Origin: a bacterium | GTDB taxonomy: Bacteria; Armatimonadota; Chthonomonadetes; Chthonomonadales; Chthonomonadaceae | DNA: 64,000 bases | NCBI GenBank assembly: GCA_021777995.1 | Contig: JAJYCW010000001.1 | Location: forward strand, 5,473 to 69,472 | Direction of reading: 5' to 3' | Part shown: one piece after another, positions 9,992-19,650 of the stretch | Numbering within the stretch: the first letter of the stretch is position 1 | Layout: every line of letters begins with the position of its first letter | The notes under the pieces: generated by a model | Told to the model about the DNA's origin: nothing | Database searches by the model: none | What the model saw: the letters and a program-made list of their open reading frames with translations, nothing else | Position numbers and translations under genes: made by a program

Positions 9992-10939
9992 ATGGATATA
10001 ACAGGACTGGTCTCCAGCCTATCTGGCTCTACGGCACGTGCAGCTACACCACTCATTTTTGCGGCTGCTGGCGAAGTCTTGGTCCAGCGTAGCGGCGTGG
10101 TCAACGTTGGACTGGAAGGCATCCTACTCGGCAGTGCCTTCACGGCTACCATAGTCACCTATACCACTCATAATCCCTGGTTAGGACTGATAGCGGCGCT
10201 GATCACCGGGGGAATTATGGCTGCTATTTTCAGCGCATTTACTATCTATGGCGCCGCGGATCAGGTTGTTGTTGGCGTAGTGCTGAATCTCTTTGCGTTG
10301 GGCGTAACCGGTACCCTTTTCCGCATATTGTTCGCAACGCATGCAGCCAAAACCATGGAATTGCCATTCGTCTTCCACACCATACCAATATTAACCCCGT
10401 TTACACTTGCAGCAGTCGCTGTCGTATGGTACATCCTCTATAAAACCCGACTAGGTTTAGAAATTCGAGCCTGTGGCGAAAAACCTTCGGCAGCTGCCGC
10501 AAGCGGTGTAAACGTGCTTAAACTCCGAACGCTGGTGACGGTATTTGGTGGTGTACTTGCCGGCGCCGGTGGGGCATTTCTATCGATCGGCCAGAATAAT
10601 GCCTTCGCTGAGAATATGTCTGCCGGACGTGGCTTTATAGCACTTGCTATCGTTACGGCAGGCAGATGGAACCCGATAGGCTGCCTTATTGCTGCACTCG
10701 TATTCGGCCTTTCGGACGCGCTACAATTTCTTGGGCAGGCAATTGGGCTAGATCACTACTATCGGTTACTGCTAATACACCTTCATTTACTAACCGTCGC
10801 GAAACAATTTAATGTGAATCATGTACCCTACAACCTATTTCTCGCCGTCCCATACGTAGTAACATTGGTAATTCTATTGGGAAGCAGCAAATCAACTAGA
10901 GCACCGGCATCCTTGGGAAAGCCTTACGTAAGGATATGA
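9992..10939 (+). CDS. ABC transporter permease (BMP/nucleoside system)
   Basis: Second polytopic permease of the same operon, 6 nt after the previous stop. Confidence 0.85.
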   Translation: MDITGLVSSLSGSTARAATPLIFAAAGEVLVQRSGVVNVGLEGILLGSAFTATIVTYTTHNPWLGLIAALITGGIMAAIFSAFTIYGAADQVVVGVVLNLFALGVTGTLFRILFATHAAKTMELPFVFHTIPILTPFTLAAVAVVWYILYKTRLGLEIRACGEKPSAAAASGVNVLKLRTLVTVFGGVLAGAGGAFLSIGQNNAFAENMSAGRGFIALAIVTAGRWNPIGCLIAALVFGLSDALQFLGQAIGLDHYYRLLLIHLHLLTVAKQFNVNHVPYNLFLAVPYVVTLVILLGSSKSTRAPASLGKPYVRI

Positions 10940-10976
10940 ACATAAAAGTTGCCAAGCAACGTGTAGGACTTATATC

Positions 10977-11546
10977 ATGATTTCCAGATTAGAAGAACTT
11001 TACTCGCAGGTACTACTTGAACTGGGCGAGGACATTAACCGCGAGGGACTACAGAAGACTCCCCATCGCGTAGCGGAAGCGATGCAATTTGTAACCCAGG
11101 GCTATCATCAGGATCTGGTTACCATCGTGAACGATGCCATTTTCCATGAGAGCTCTGATGACATGGTAGTGGTGCGCGATATAGAGTTTTTTTCCATGTG
11201 CGAACACCATATGTTTCCATTTTTTGGGCACGCAAATGTTGCCTACATTCCAGACGGCAAAATAATCGGTCTCTCAAAACTAGCACGCATAGTGGATATG
11301 TTTGCGCGCAGGCTGCAGGTGCAGGAGCGGATGACTGCGCAAATTGCAGAAGCCGTGGATGAGGTACTTGCCCCCGCAGGCGTCGCAGTCGTTATTAAGG
11401 CACGCCACCTCTGCATGATGGCGCGAGGGGTTGAAAAGAAAAGCAGCGAGATGATCACCAGTCATGTATTGGGCGCATTTCGCAAGGACCGGGCAACCCG
11501 TGCAGAGCTCATGGATCTTCTAAACAGCCACACGGGTCCATATTGA
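10977..11546 (+). CDS. folE: GTP cyclohydrolase I
   Basis: Conserved [14 protein letters not shown] and GLSKLARIV...[10 protein letters not shown] motifs, 189 aa. Confidence 0.92.
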   Translation: MISRLEELYSQVLLELGEDINREGLQKTPHRVAEAMQFVTQGYHQDLVTIVNDAIFHESSDDMVVVRDIEFFSMCEHHMFPFFGHANVAYIPDGKIIGLSKLARIVDMFARRLQVQERMTAQIAEAVDEVLAPAGVAVVIKARHLCMMARGVEKKSSEMITSHVLGAFRKDRATRAELMDLLNSHTGPY

Positions 11547-11575
11547 TTACCAGGGCAGAAAAGGCTCCAACCTAA

Positions 11576-13543
11576 TCACTGTGCCTTTGGGGCCTTGAGA
11601 AGTGCGGCAAATACCGTACCGGGTTTAATCGTTTGAGCGCCTTCGATCTCCCTACCGTCACTCGTCACCCAGGTATCTCGCCCGCCGGTGTTCAAGGTTC
11701 CGGCAACCTGCCCATTAAATACCGCTAGACGTGATCCCGCGCAGCGCATCACCGGCTCGTGATGAATACCGCTCCAGAGTGACATCCGACCACTGGCTGC
11801 TCCTATCGAGCGTATGAGCGCACCTGTAACTACCGGGGTCATCACAGCGATGGACGTCCACGAAGCGTTCCGGTTAATCGCCATGCCTGTCTTACCAGAG
11901 GCGTTTATACCTGCTCTAAGCGCCGTCCTATCGATTACGGTGAATGTAGGGCTCACTGAAAGTGGTGCGCCCAGGCGATCACCTTCCTTAAGACTATTAA
12001 GAATGTTATCTTTGCAAGCCACCACGCGTACCTGCAAACCACACTCACCTTCGTCGCGCTTGATCTTCATTCCCGTAAGGCGAGCGACATTATCGGCGCT
12101 GGCTCCGTTCTCTCCTTGTAACCCAACTCCCCAAAACCACACTATCGTCTGGTCACGGTTCTTCAGCCTTGCGTCCAGTTTTTGTCTATCCGAATCCGAC
12201 AGATAATATAGATTCGCAGCAAGCGTTAATGCGTGCAGTGGAAAATCCTTACGGTAGATATCAGAAAAGTGGTAAACATCGAACGAAAGACCGCTCATCG
12301 CTGCCTCACGAACCAGCTCACTGCAGGATACGTCGTGCAGGTGGCGTGCTGCCTCGCTCTGTGTAGTGGTGCGCAAGGCCGACGAGTCTAGTAGCACTGC
12401 TGCGGCACAGGCCCTCGCAGCCTCCCTAACTGTGGGCAGCTTCATAAGTGTTAAAGCCCGAGTCCATTCCTGGGCAGTAGGTCCTAAAGGTACGATGAGC
12501 CCGGACTGGTGAACGGATGTTAACGCTGCGGCGGATGCTGTTAGGCTAAGCTCCTGCTGCACCATCATCTTGTTGCGCAGGGTCAGGCTACCGGTTAACA
12601 ACCTAACTACGGCATTGCAGCCTTCGGTTGGCCCTACAAAGAAGTCGATAGCGTTGCTGTCCATAAGTGGCTCGGCAATGCCTCCGGGAGTAGGTGCACC
12701 CGCGTATAGTGCCGCGCAATTTGCACCGACTAATGTGCGAGGGCTCGCCGCTTTTACCGCACTCGCAAGGCTTAAGAGCGCATCATTGATAGCCGAGTTC
12801 ACTGCGTCCCAGTAGTCGGCCAGGGCATTGTCAGTAACGCCTGCACGTGCAAAAACCAGATTTGCCTCAGACTTACGTTCCACAAGCCGTGGGCAACGGA
12901 GGGTATGGAAGTCCAATGTTGGTTCATTCCAAGCATTCCGCAGCAGGCTAACGTTTCTGCGGTAACGGTCACGTGCTAGAAGCTTAAGTCGGTCGGTCAT
13001 TGAACGACTAGTATCACGCAGCCTAGGATCACAGGAGAGGCCCCAACCTCCTGTTCCGGTAGAGATCACGATACCCGCAAGGCTGTGATCGCTGTTGGTG
13101 GTAACTAAGCGCGATATCACAGCCTCTGCTGCCCTAAGCCAACGAACTGAAGCCCAGGATACCAGCGCATCGCGAGAACCCGGACAAACTGCAGCCTCGT
13201 TGCCATTTGATGCTAACCAGTCAGTAGATGGCTCACAATTCCATTCCAGAATAACCTGAGCGTCTGGTGCAATCTTGCGTAGAGGCGAAACAGCCCTCTT
13301 TAGAAAATCAACCAGGGCTTCAAGGTTCTCTGTGAAGGGAACATCATATTCGCGAAGTAGAAAAATCCGCACACCAGCGTTAGCAGCCGCTCGAATCTCG
13401 TGCTCACCGGATGTAGGAAGCACGATTGCAATGAGACCAGGAACTGGCTTTCCTGCCGTAACAAAGGCAGATCGCCCTGAATGCGTTCGTATTTCAAGAC
13501 GATTCAGTTGCTGCTGCTCTGCATGATGACTTACACTATTCAA
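11576..13543 (-). CDS. hypothetical protein with a possible GH42-like two-domain architecture
   Basis: 655-aa ORF with a TTG start preceded by AAGGAA. Begins 17 nt downstream of the M23 peptidase gene. The N-terminal half looks TIM-barrel-like and the C-terminal part resembles a GH42 trimerisation-type domain. This is a weak call made by eye only. Confidence 0.5.
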   Translation of the reverse strand: MNSVSHHAEQQQLNRLEIRTHSGRSAFVTAGKPVPGLIAIVLPTSGEHEIRAAANAGVRIFLLREYDVPFTENLEALVDFLKRAVSPLRKIAPDAQVILEWNCEPSTDWLASNGNEAAVCPGSRDALVSWASVRWLRAAEAVISRLVTTNSDHSLAGIVISTGTGGWGLSCDPRLRDTSRSMTDRLKLLARDRYRRNVSLLRNAWNEPTLDFHTLRCPRLVERKSEANLVFARAGVTDNALADYWDAVNSAINDALLSLASAVKAASPRTLVGANCAALYAGAPTPGGIAEPLMDSNAIDFFVGPTEGCNAVVRLLTGSLTLRNKMMVQQELSLTASAAALTSVHQSGLIVPLGPTAQEWTRALTLMKLPTVREAARACAAAVLLDSSALRTTTQSEAARHLHDVSCSELVREAAMSGLSFDVYHFSDIYRKDFPLHALTLAANLYYLSDSDRQKLDARLKNRDQTIVWFWGVGLQGENGASADNVARLTGMKIKRDEGECGLQVRVVACKDNILNSLKEGDRLGAPLSVSPTFTVIDRTALRAGINASGKTGMAINRNASWTSIAVMTPVVTGALIRSIGAASGRMSLWSGIHHEPVMRCAGSRLAVFNGQVAGTLNTGGRDTWVTSDGREIEGAQTIKPGTVFAALLKAPKAQ

Positions 13544-13560
13544 TAAATATTCCTTGTGAT

Positions 13561-14877
13561 CTAAAATGGTTTTACCGGCACTCCGTTTTTACGCACCTCA
13601 AAGTGGCAGTGTGGACCAGTGGCCATACCCGTCATACCAACGAGTGCGATTACATGGCCCTGTTGTACACGCTCGCCAACACGCACCAGTATACGCGAAC
13701 AGTGTGCATAAAGTGTAGTAAGTCCACCACCGTGGTCAATTATTACAGTATTCCCATATCCCCGCACATAATGGGCAAGTATGACGGTCCCTGTCCCTGC
13801 GGCATGGATTGGCGTTCCCATCGGCGCCCCAATGTCTACACCGGTGTGCATGAGCCATCTATGTAAAATGGGGTGAAAGCGCATCCCAAATGGCGAGGTA
13901 ATTGGTCCGTTAAGGGGCCGAATAAATCTCCCGCGCCAAATAGGCGCCTCCCGAAAATGAGCTTCGGCCTTGCGCCTCTCCTCGCGGGTATGATGCGGGT
14001 GCGCGGCTTCCCAGGCCTCTTCCTCCGCCCGGCGCCGCTCGTCTAGCTCGTAAGACAGCAAGCGAACCGTACTGGTCATCGCCTCGGCTTCGCTCGCCAT
14101 AACATCCAGCTGATCCTGCTCCTGTTGCCGTTTAGCATAGGTATCCTGAAGAGCGCTGTTATCCTGCGCCAGCGATTGAAGGTATGCCTGTTTGTGGTGC
14201 TCGAATTGCACAGCAAGAAGGCGCTGCTTCTCTTCTTGCCGCTCTATTCGTGCTTTGGTTTGCTGCAGGTGCTCCATATCACGTTGAATGGAACCAATGA
14301 GGTTGATATCGCTGGCAACAATCTGGTGAATGTACAGCTTGCGAGCGAGCAAATCTTGGATGGACCGTGCTTGAAGCAATACCTGGGCATACGTGGTCTC
14401 ACCCCGCATATAGGCTGCCCGCACTCGATCAGCCAGTAGGTTGCGCCTTTTGCGCAACTTGGTACGCGTGTTTACCCAGTCAAGAAGCGTGTTGTAATGA
14501 CGCGTTTGAAGCGCCTGCATGGTGTTACTGACCGAAATCAGGGCCGAGCGCGCAGCTTCCACGCGCACGCGTTTTTGAGAAATCGAACGATGTAGATGAT
14601 TAGCCTGCCGGTCTGCCTCGTGTATTCGGCTCCGTATCACCACGAGATTGTGATGCAAGTGACTTAGCTTAGCCGCGAGCTTTCGCTTGCGTAATATGGC
14701 AGCATGGGCTTCAGAAAGCGAAATCACCTTGTGCGCAGGTCTTCGCTTCGAATGGTGCGGAGCGGCATGCCTGTAACGCCGCTTACGTGAATGTCTGGAA
14801 GACGCCAAAATCGGCATGGAGAAAATCAACAATACTATGCATGAAATAGCACTGATGTAAGTCAGCTTTTTCATCAT
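13561..14877 (-). CDS. coiled-coil M23 (LytM-type) peptidase, EnvC-like FtsEX partner
   Basis: Start at ATG 14877 (MMKKLTYISAISCIVLL signal anchor), overlapping the ftsX stop. Long heptad-rich middle region. C-terminal M23 domain with HTGVD and HCHFEV metal ligands intact. Confidence 0.85.
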   Translation of the reverse strand: MMKKLTYISAISCIVLLIFSMPILASSRHSRKRRYRHAAPHHSKRRPAHKVISLSEAHAAILRKRKLAAKLSHLHHNLVVIRSRIHEADRQANHLHRSISQKRVRVEAARSALISVSNTMQALQTRHYNTLLDWVNTRTKLRKRRNLLADRVRAAYMRGETTYAQVLLQARSIQDLLARKLYIHQIVASDINLIGSIQRDMEHLQQTKARIERQEEKQRLLAVQFEHHKQAYLQSLAQDNSALQDTYAKRQQEQDQLDVMASEAEAMTSTVRLLSYELDERRRAEEEAWEAAHPHHTREERRKAEAHFREAPIWRGRFIRPLNGPITSPFGMRFHPILHRWLMHTGVDIGAPMGTPIHAAGTGTVILAHYVRGYGNTVIIDHGGGLTTLYAHCSRILVRVGERVQQGHVIALVGMTGMATGPHCHFEVRKNGVPVKPF

Positions 14878-15764
14878 AGGCGTACAAACCGATGAATAGC
14901 TAGGATGCTGCCTGCCAGTCCTACCAGAGCCCCTGTAATGCCTAAAAAGGTAAACACTTGCACAGGCCCAATCGCAGAAGCGGCGTGTGCAATCAGCGGG
15001 GAGTGGAGTGTTTCGGTAAACCGTGAAACCTGAGCAGCAGCGATTAGGAGAGCAATGGACGCGATGACGGAGCCACAGATGCCATGAAACAGACCTTCGA
15101 AGATCAACGGACACCGAATGAACCAGGGTGTGGCACCAACCAGCTTCATTATCTGTATTTCCCGACGGCGGGAATATACCGTAAGGCGAATCGTGTTGTA
15201 TACAATGAGCAACGTGGCCGCGGCAAGCGCCAATGCTACCGCCAAACCAATGTTGCGAACGATTGCAGCAAACCCCACAAGAACACCTACTTCGTAGTCT
15301 GCATCGTTTACCTGCATTATCTCGGGAAACTGCTTTTGGGTCTTAAGCCAATGTGCAAGCTGGGCTACTTTATTGCTCGAACGGGCCTGCACCTGTAATC
15401 GATCCATGAGGGGATTATCCTGCAGAGCGGTAGTAAGTGTTGGGTCACTGCTACCTAGCTTTGCCCATGCCTGTTCCTTGGTGGTAAGCGTCACTCCTCG
15501 CACTAATGGGTTTGCCTTAAGAGCAGTTTGCACAGCGAGCGTATCCTGTCGGCTCGTTGCAGGCTTCATGAATACGTCAATGACATTGAACTGTTCTGGT
15601 TCCTGAGCCACTATCTCGTGGATACGATAAGCGGTCCACGTAGTTCCTCCCAAGACCATCAGCGTTACAGCAACAGTGGCTAATGCAGCCAGCGACATCC
15701 AGAGGTGCCTGCGAATATTTAACCAGCCCTCGTGAAGCAGGAACCCTACACTGTTAATGTTCAT
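14874..15764 (-). CDS. ftsX: cell division permease-like protein FtsX
   Basis: Start taken at ATG 15764 (MNINSVG), overlapping the ftsE stop. Four TM segments with a large first periplasmic loop. Sits immediately downstream of ftsE. Confidence 0.85.
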   Translation of the reverse strand: MNINSVGFLLHEGWLNIRRHLWMSLAALATVAVTLMVLGGTTWTAYRIHEIVAQEPEQFNVIDVFMKPATSRQDTLAVQTALKANPLVRGVTLTTKEQAWAKLGSSDPTLTTALQDNPLMDRLQVQARSSNKVAQLAHWLKTQKQFPEIMQVNDADYEVGVLVGFAAIVRNIGLAVALALAAATLLIVYNTIRLTVYSRRREIQIMKLVGATPWFIRCPLIFEGLFHGICGSVIASIALLIAAAQVSRFTETLHSPLIAHAASAIGPVQVFTFLGITGALVGLAGSILAIHRFVRL

Positions 15765-16522
15765 GCTTGCTCCTCGCAGGTTTCCAACGCGACTCTGCCG
15801 TACCTTCCGCACGCCTCATCACGTACAAGAACACCATCTGCAAACTCCAACACTCTGCGTTCACTCTTATCTACAATTGCGACGTCGTGAGTGGCAACGA
15901 GAACTGTGGCCCCCGTTGCATTTATGTCGTGAAGAAGGTCTACGATACCTAAAGACGTCTCTGGATCCAGATTGCCGGTTGGTTCGTCGGCTAATAGAAG
16001 CTTTGGGCGGTTAACAAGAGCCCGTGCAATTGCAACGCGCTGCTGCTCACCTCCGGAAAGCTGGCCAGGAAACGCGTCCGGTCGAGATTGTAAACCAACT
16101 AGTTCCAAAACTTCAGGTATCCGCCGCACTACATCCCGCCGACCGGCGCCGGTAACTCTCATTGCAAACGCAACGTTTTCATACACTGTTCTGTCTGGTA
16201 ACAAACCGAAGTTTTGGTACACCACACCCACCCGGCGCCGCAAGGCAGGAATTTGCGAGTGTGTCATCCCAGACACCGTAAAACCCTCCACAATAACAGT
16301 GCCAGAAGTGCAAACCTCCTCATGTGTGAGCAATTTCAGCAAAGTAGACTTTCCTGCGCCACTAGCACCCACAATAAAGACGAACTCCCCCTCACTTATC
16401 TCCAACGAAATGTCGGAAAGCGCCTGGCAATGTCCTGGATAGAGCACGGACACTGACTTAAGCGAGATTGCTGTGCGCTGGTTTAGTGGTCTGGTGGCAA
16501 CGTTGGCAACGGTGGTCGTCAT
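15761..16522 (-). CDS. ftsE: cell division ATP-binding protein FtsE
   Basis: Walker [10 protein letters not shown], signature [15 protein letters not shown], Walker [13 protein letters not shown]. Paired with ftsX. Confidence 0.9.
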   Translation of the reverse strand: MTTTVANVATRPLNQRTAISLKSVSVLYPGHCQALSDISLEISEGEFVFIVGASGAGKSTLLKLLTHEEVCTSGTVIVEGFTVSGMTHSQIPALRRRVGVVYQNFGLLPDRTVYENVAFAMRVTGAGRRDVVRRIPEVLELVGLQSRPDAFPGQLSGGEQQRVAIARALVNRPKLLLADEPTGNLDPETSLGIVDLLHDINATGATVLVATHDVAIVDKSERRVLEFADGVLVRDEACGRYGRVALETCEEQA

Positions 16523-16527
16523 TACGA

Positions 16528-18978
16528 TTATCCTGCACCCGGAGGTGGCTTATGTTTAGTGCAATATTTGAGCTTTCGGGCTTCACTTTCGGGCATTCGT
16601 ACGGTAATTGTCACTGGGCACCACATCGTAGCGCGTTCGTGGGTCTCAGCACACAGGGTAACCGTCACCATCTTCTCGGACTTCCTGGTGGTGCGCCCAT
16701 GCGGCAATGCCACTGTCGGGGGAGATGCCACGGGCAACGTTCCTGTGCCAGAGCCGGGTTCTGTGGGGGCAGTAGGTTGAACAGCCGGTTGCTGATCCGC
16801 AGTCTGGCTGGTCATAGCAGTTGGGTCGGTGGTTGTCGGTGCCGCTCCGGCAGAACCAGCGTCTGGTGGTGCTGGGGTTTGCCCTGGTTGTAGCGAGTTT
16901 GGTGAAGATGAACCAGCATTCGCTGCCGGCGCCGAACCGGAACTCGACGAAGGGCTGGAAGGCGTGGTTTTTGAAGGTGCGGGCTGTTCCGGCAGCGGTT
17001 CACCCGACACAGGCTGAGACTGTGATTCTGCCTTCACTACCGCAAGGTACTTCTGCTCTATAGGTATGGCATTTATCATGTAGTCGTGCCAAATGGGGGC
17101 ACAAATGACACCACCCTGCCCGTTTGCCATCGGGAGGAACCGACCGTGATGAATGTCACCAGCCCAAATCACTGTCGTAAGCTCCGGTGTGTAACCGGCA
17201 AACCAGGCATCACGAAAATCGCCAGTAGTGCCGGTTTTGCCATGAGCATCCGCTATGATCCCGTTTGACTGATTACCTTTTGCGGCCGTTCCCGTTCCAT
17301 AGTCAACAACCGCGCTAAATGCATCATTGAGCTGGGCAATAGTTGATGATTTAAGGATATTGGACTGACTTGAAGGTAGATCCTGCTCGATAATATTGCC
17401 GTCAGAATCAGCAATGCTCTGTATTGCCATCGGCTTGTGTTTTACGCCACCAGTTGCAACAACCGAGTAGGCTTCAGCAAGGTCTATGGGGTGAACAGCA
17501 GATGCCCCAATTGCCGTTGGCAAATAGGGCGCGAGGTGCGAAGTAATCCCCATTAGTTGAGCATAGCTAATGACCGTACGAATTCCGACCAGAGCCGCGA
17601 CCTCCACGGCAATTGTGTTCACTGAGTGGGCAATTGCATCACGACACGTTAAATAACGGTACGTGTAACCCTCAAAGTCATGAACCGTCTTGCCGTGCCC
17701 ATCTGGATACACAATCGGCTTGTCCTCAAAGGTCGAATCTATGCCCGCCTTCCCAGTATCAAACGCACTGGCATAGTCGAACAGTTTGAACGTAGAGCCG
17801 GGTTGACGCAAGCCGAACACAGCAATATTAAACTGAGACTTTGAAAAGCTGCGCCCGCCGACCATCGCCCTAATGTAACCATTGCTATTATCAAGACAAA
17901 TAAGGCAGCCCTGGTTACACCCCGTATATGACGCCGACTCCAACCCATGTTCCAGGTCTCGTTCTGCATTTTGCTGCATGCCATAGTTAAGTGTGGTGAT
18001 GATCTTTACGCCGGTATTAAGGAAATCGCGGCCATATCGATGCGCAATGTCATTTAGTACGTACCAAACGAAGTAAGGCGCTTTGAAATCGTAAGCTGTG
18101 TTTTTAGGCGCCGAAAAGTGCATCGTTTCATCAATGGCAGACCGCTCCTGCTGCCCATCTATATAACCATATCGCTTCATTGCTGCGAGCACTTCGTCGC
18201 GCCGTCTAAGTGCCCGGTTGGGATGATCGAATGGGCAGTACGCCGATGGAAGCTGCGGTAGACCAGCTATAAGAGCCGATTGAGAGAGATCTAGCTGCGA
18301 CGCGTGTTTACCGAAGTACGTTTCTGCCGCGGCCTCCACACCATAAGCACCAGCACCATAGTAAACGTTATTGAGATACAGCGAGAGAATCTCGTGCTTC
18401 GAATACACCTGCTCTATGCGCATTGCAATTAGCGCTTCGCGTACTTTTCGGGAGTAGAGCTTCTGTCGTCCCACTCCAAACGCGCCTACATTACGCACCA
18501 GTTGTTGCGTAAGGGTGCTTGCTCCTTCTCGTTTAGAGATCCTGCCCGAAAAATCTGCAATTGCGGCGCGGGCAATTCCCTTTAAATCAATACCAAAATG
18601 GTGGTAAAACCTGTGGTCTTCAATGGCAACAGTGGCGTTTTGTAGGTTTTGGGCAACCTGGGTGAGGGTTACCGGTACTTTATCCTGGTTATCAATACGA
18701 CCAAGTAGAACACCATCCGCCGACCAAATAGTAGTCCCTCTTGGTTTGCTTACATTGTTCACTAACACTGCAACATCTGGCAACTGCTTTGCAAATCGGT
18801 CGAATACAACAAGGCCGGTGAGTAGTCCTGTGGTGGCAATGGCTTCAGCAATGAGGAACGCAGTAGCGATGACAGTTTTCACACCAATTTTGCGCTTTAA
18901 CCGTGCTGACCTTGGCGTGTTCACATGAGATTTACGGCTGCTGCCGTTTGCAGGAGTTCGTTCGGATTTTCGCGTCAT
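16528..18978 (-). CDS. bifunctional class A penicillin-binding protein (transglycosylase/transpeptidase)
   Basis: Start at ATG 18978 (MTRKSER). GT51 motifs EDHRFYHHFGID and RKVREA. Transpeptidase motifs STFK, SVN and KTGTT. Long P/S/T/A-rich C-terminal tail. Confidence 0.9.
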   Translation of the reverse strand: MTRKSERTPANGSSRKSHVNTPRSARLKRKIGVKTVIATAFLIAEAIATTGLLTGLVVFDRFAKQLPDVAVLVNNVSKPRGTTIWSADGVLLGRIDNQDKVPVTLTQVAQNLQNATVAIEDHRFYHHFGIDLKGIARAAIADFSGRISKREGASTLTQQLVRNVGAFGVGRQKLYSRKVREALIAMRIEQVYSKHEILSLYLNNVYYGAGAYGVEAAAETYFGKHASQLDLSQSALIAGLPQLPSAYCPFDHPNRALRRRDEVLAAMKRYGYIDGQQERSAIDETMHFSAPKNTAYDFKAPYFVWYVLNDIAHRYGRDFLNTGVKIITTLNYGMQQNAERDLEHGLESASYTGCNQGCLICLDNSNGYIRAMVGGRSFSKSQFNIAVFGLRQPGSTFKLFDYASAFDTGKAGIDSTFEDKPIVYPDGHGKTVHDFEGYTYRYLTCRDAIAHSVNTIAVEVAALVGIRTVISYAQLMGITSHLAPYLPTAIGASAVHPIDLAEAYSVVATGGVKHKPMAIQSIADSDGNIIEQDLPSSQSNILKSSTIAQLNDAFSAVVDYGTGTAAKGNQSNGIIADAHGKTGTTGDFRDAWFAGYTPELTTVIWAGDIHHGRFLPMANGQGGVICAPIWHDYMINAIPIEQKYLAVVKAESQSQPVSGEPLPEQPAPSKTTPSSPSSSSGSAPAANAGSSSPNSLQPGQTPAPPDAGSAGAAPTTTDPTAMTSQTADQQPAVQPTAPTEPGSGTGTLPVASPPTVALPHGRTTRKSEKMVTVTLCAETHERATMWCPVTITVRMPESEARKLKYCTKHKPPPGAG

Positions 18979-19093
18979 AGCTAAACAGCATCTAACCGGG
19001 ATGATGTACCGCGCCACTGTTTGTAGGGCAGACGGCACAATGAAAGTACCGTCGTCCCGGTTCGTACAAAGTCACAGAGCCAGCTGTATAGCA

Positions 19094-19537
19094 CTATTCA
19101 GCGGACCCTATCGTGATTTTTTCTATTTTGTCACCTTGGCGCAGTTCCAGTACGTGATCCAAACCACTTGTGACCTCACCAAAAACCGCATAGGCTCCAT
19201 CTAGGTGGCTCGCAGGCGCAAGCGTGATGTAGAACTGGCAGGATGCGCTATCGGGATGAGCGGATCGTGCCATTGCCAACACTCCTGCCTTGTCATGCTT
19301 CAAACCGGGTGCAATTTCGAGAGGGATGTTCTTGTCCGCAGATCCTGTTCCGTCACCCCTGGGGCAGCCACCCTGAATGACGAATCCACCCACATAGCGG
19401 TGAAAAGTTAGCCCGTCATAAAACTTCCTTTCTGCAAGTTCCACAAAGTTACCTGCGGTCACCGGCGCCTTGTCGACGAACAGATCGACCTCAATAACTC
19501 CCTTGCTGGTCTCAATTACAGCCGTTCGGTTGGCCAA
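19094..19537 (-). CDS. ppiB: cyclophilin-type peptidyl-prolyl cis-trans isomerase
   Basis: [21 protein letters not shown] and FYITL motifs, 147 aa. Confidence 0.9.
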   Translation of the reverse strand: MANRTAVIETSKGVIEVDLFVDKAPVTAGNFVELAERKFYDGLTFHRYVGGFVIQGGCPRGDGTGSADKNIPLEIAPGLKHDKAGVLAMARSAHPDSASCQFYITLAPASHLDGAYAVFGEVTSGLDHVLELRQGDKIEKITIGSAE

Positions 19538-19650
19538 AGTTTATCTCCTGATCGTAATAAAACTAAACGCTCCATCATCTTGCATTGTAGCACACTCGTT
19601 ATGCGACGTACTTTACAGCCAATTGCCTAGTAAGCGGGTAATCTTTAACA

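Noticed and set aside
14878-15114. 79-residue N-terminal extension of the M23 peptidase ORF
   Set aside because: It overlaps the ftsX coding region in another frame. The signal-anchor Met at 14877 overlaps the ftsX stop, which is the natural coupled start.
15972-16442. 156-aa ORF antisense to ftsE
   Set aside because: It is a mirror-frame ORF, as is common opposite ABC ATPase genes. The ftsE motifs on the other strand are unambiguous.
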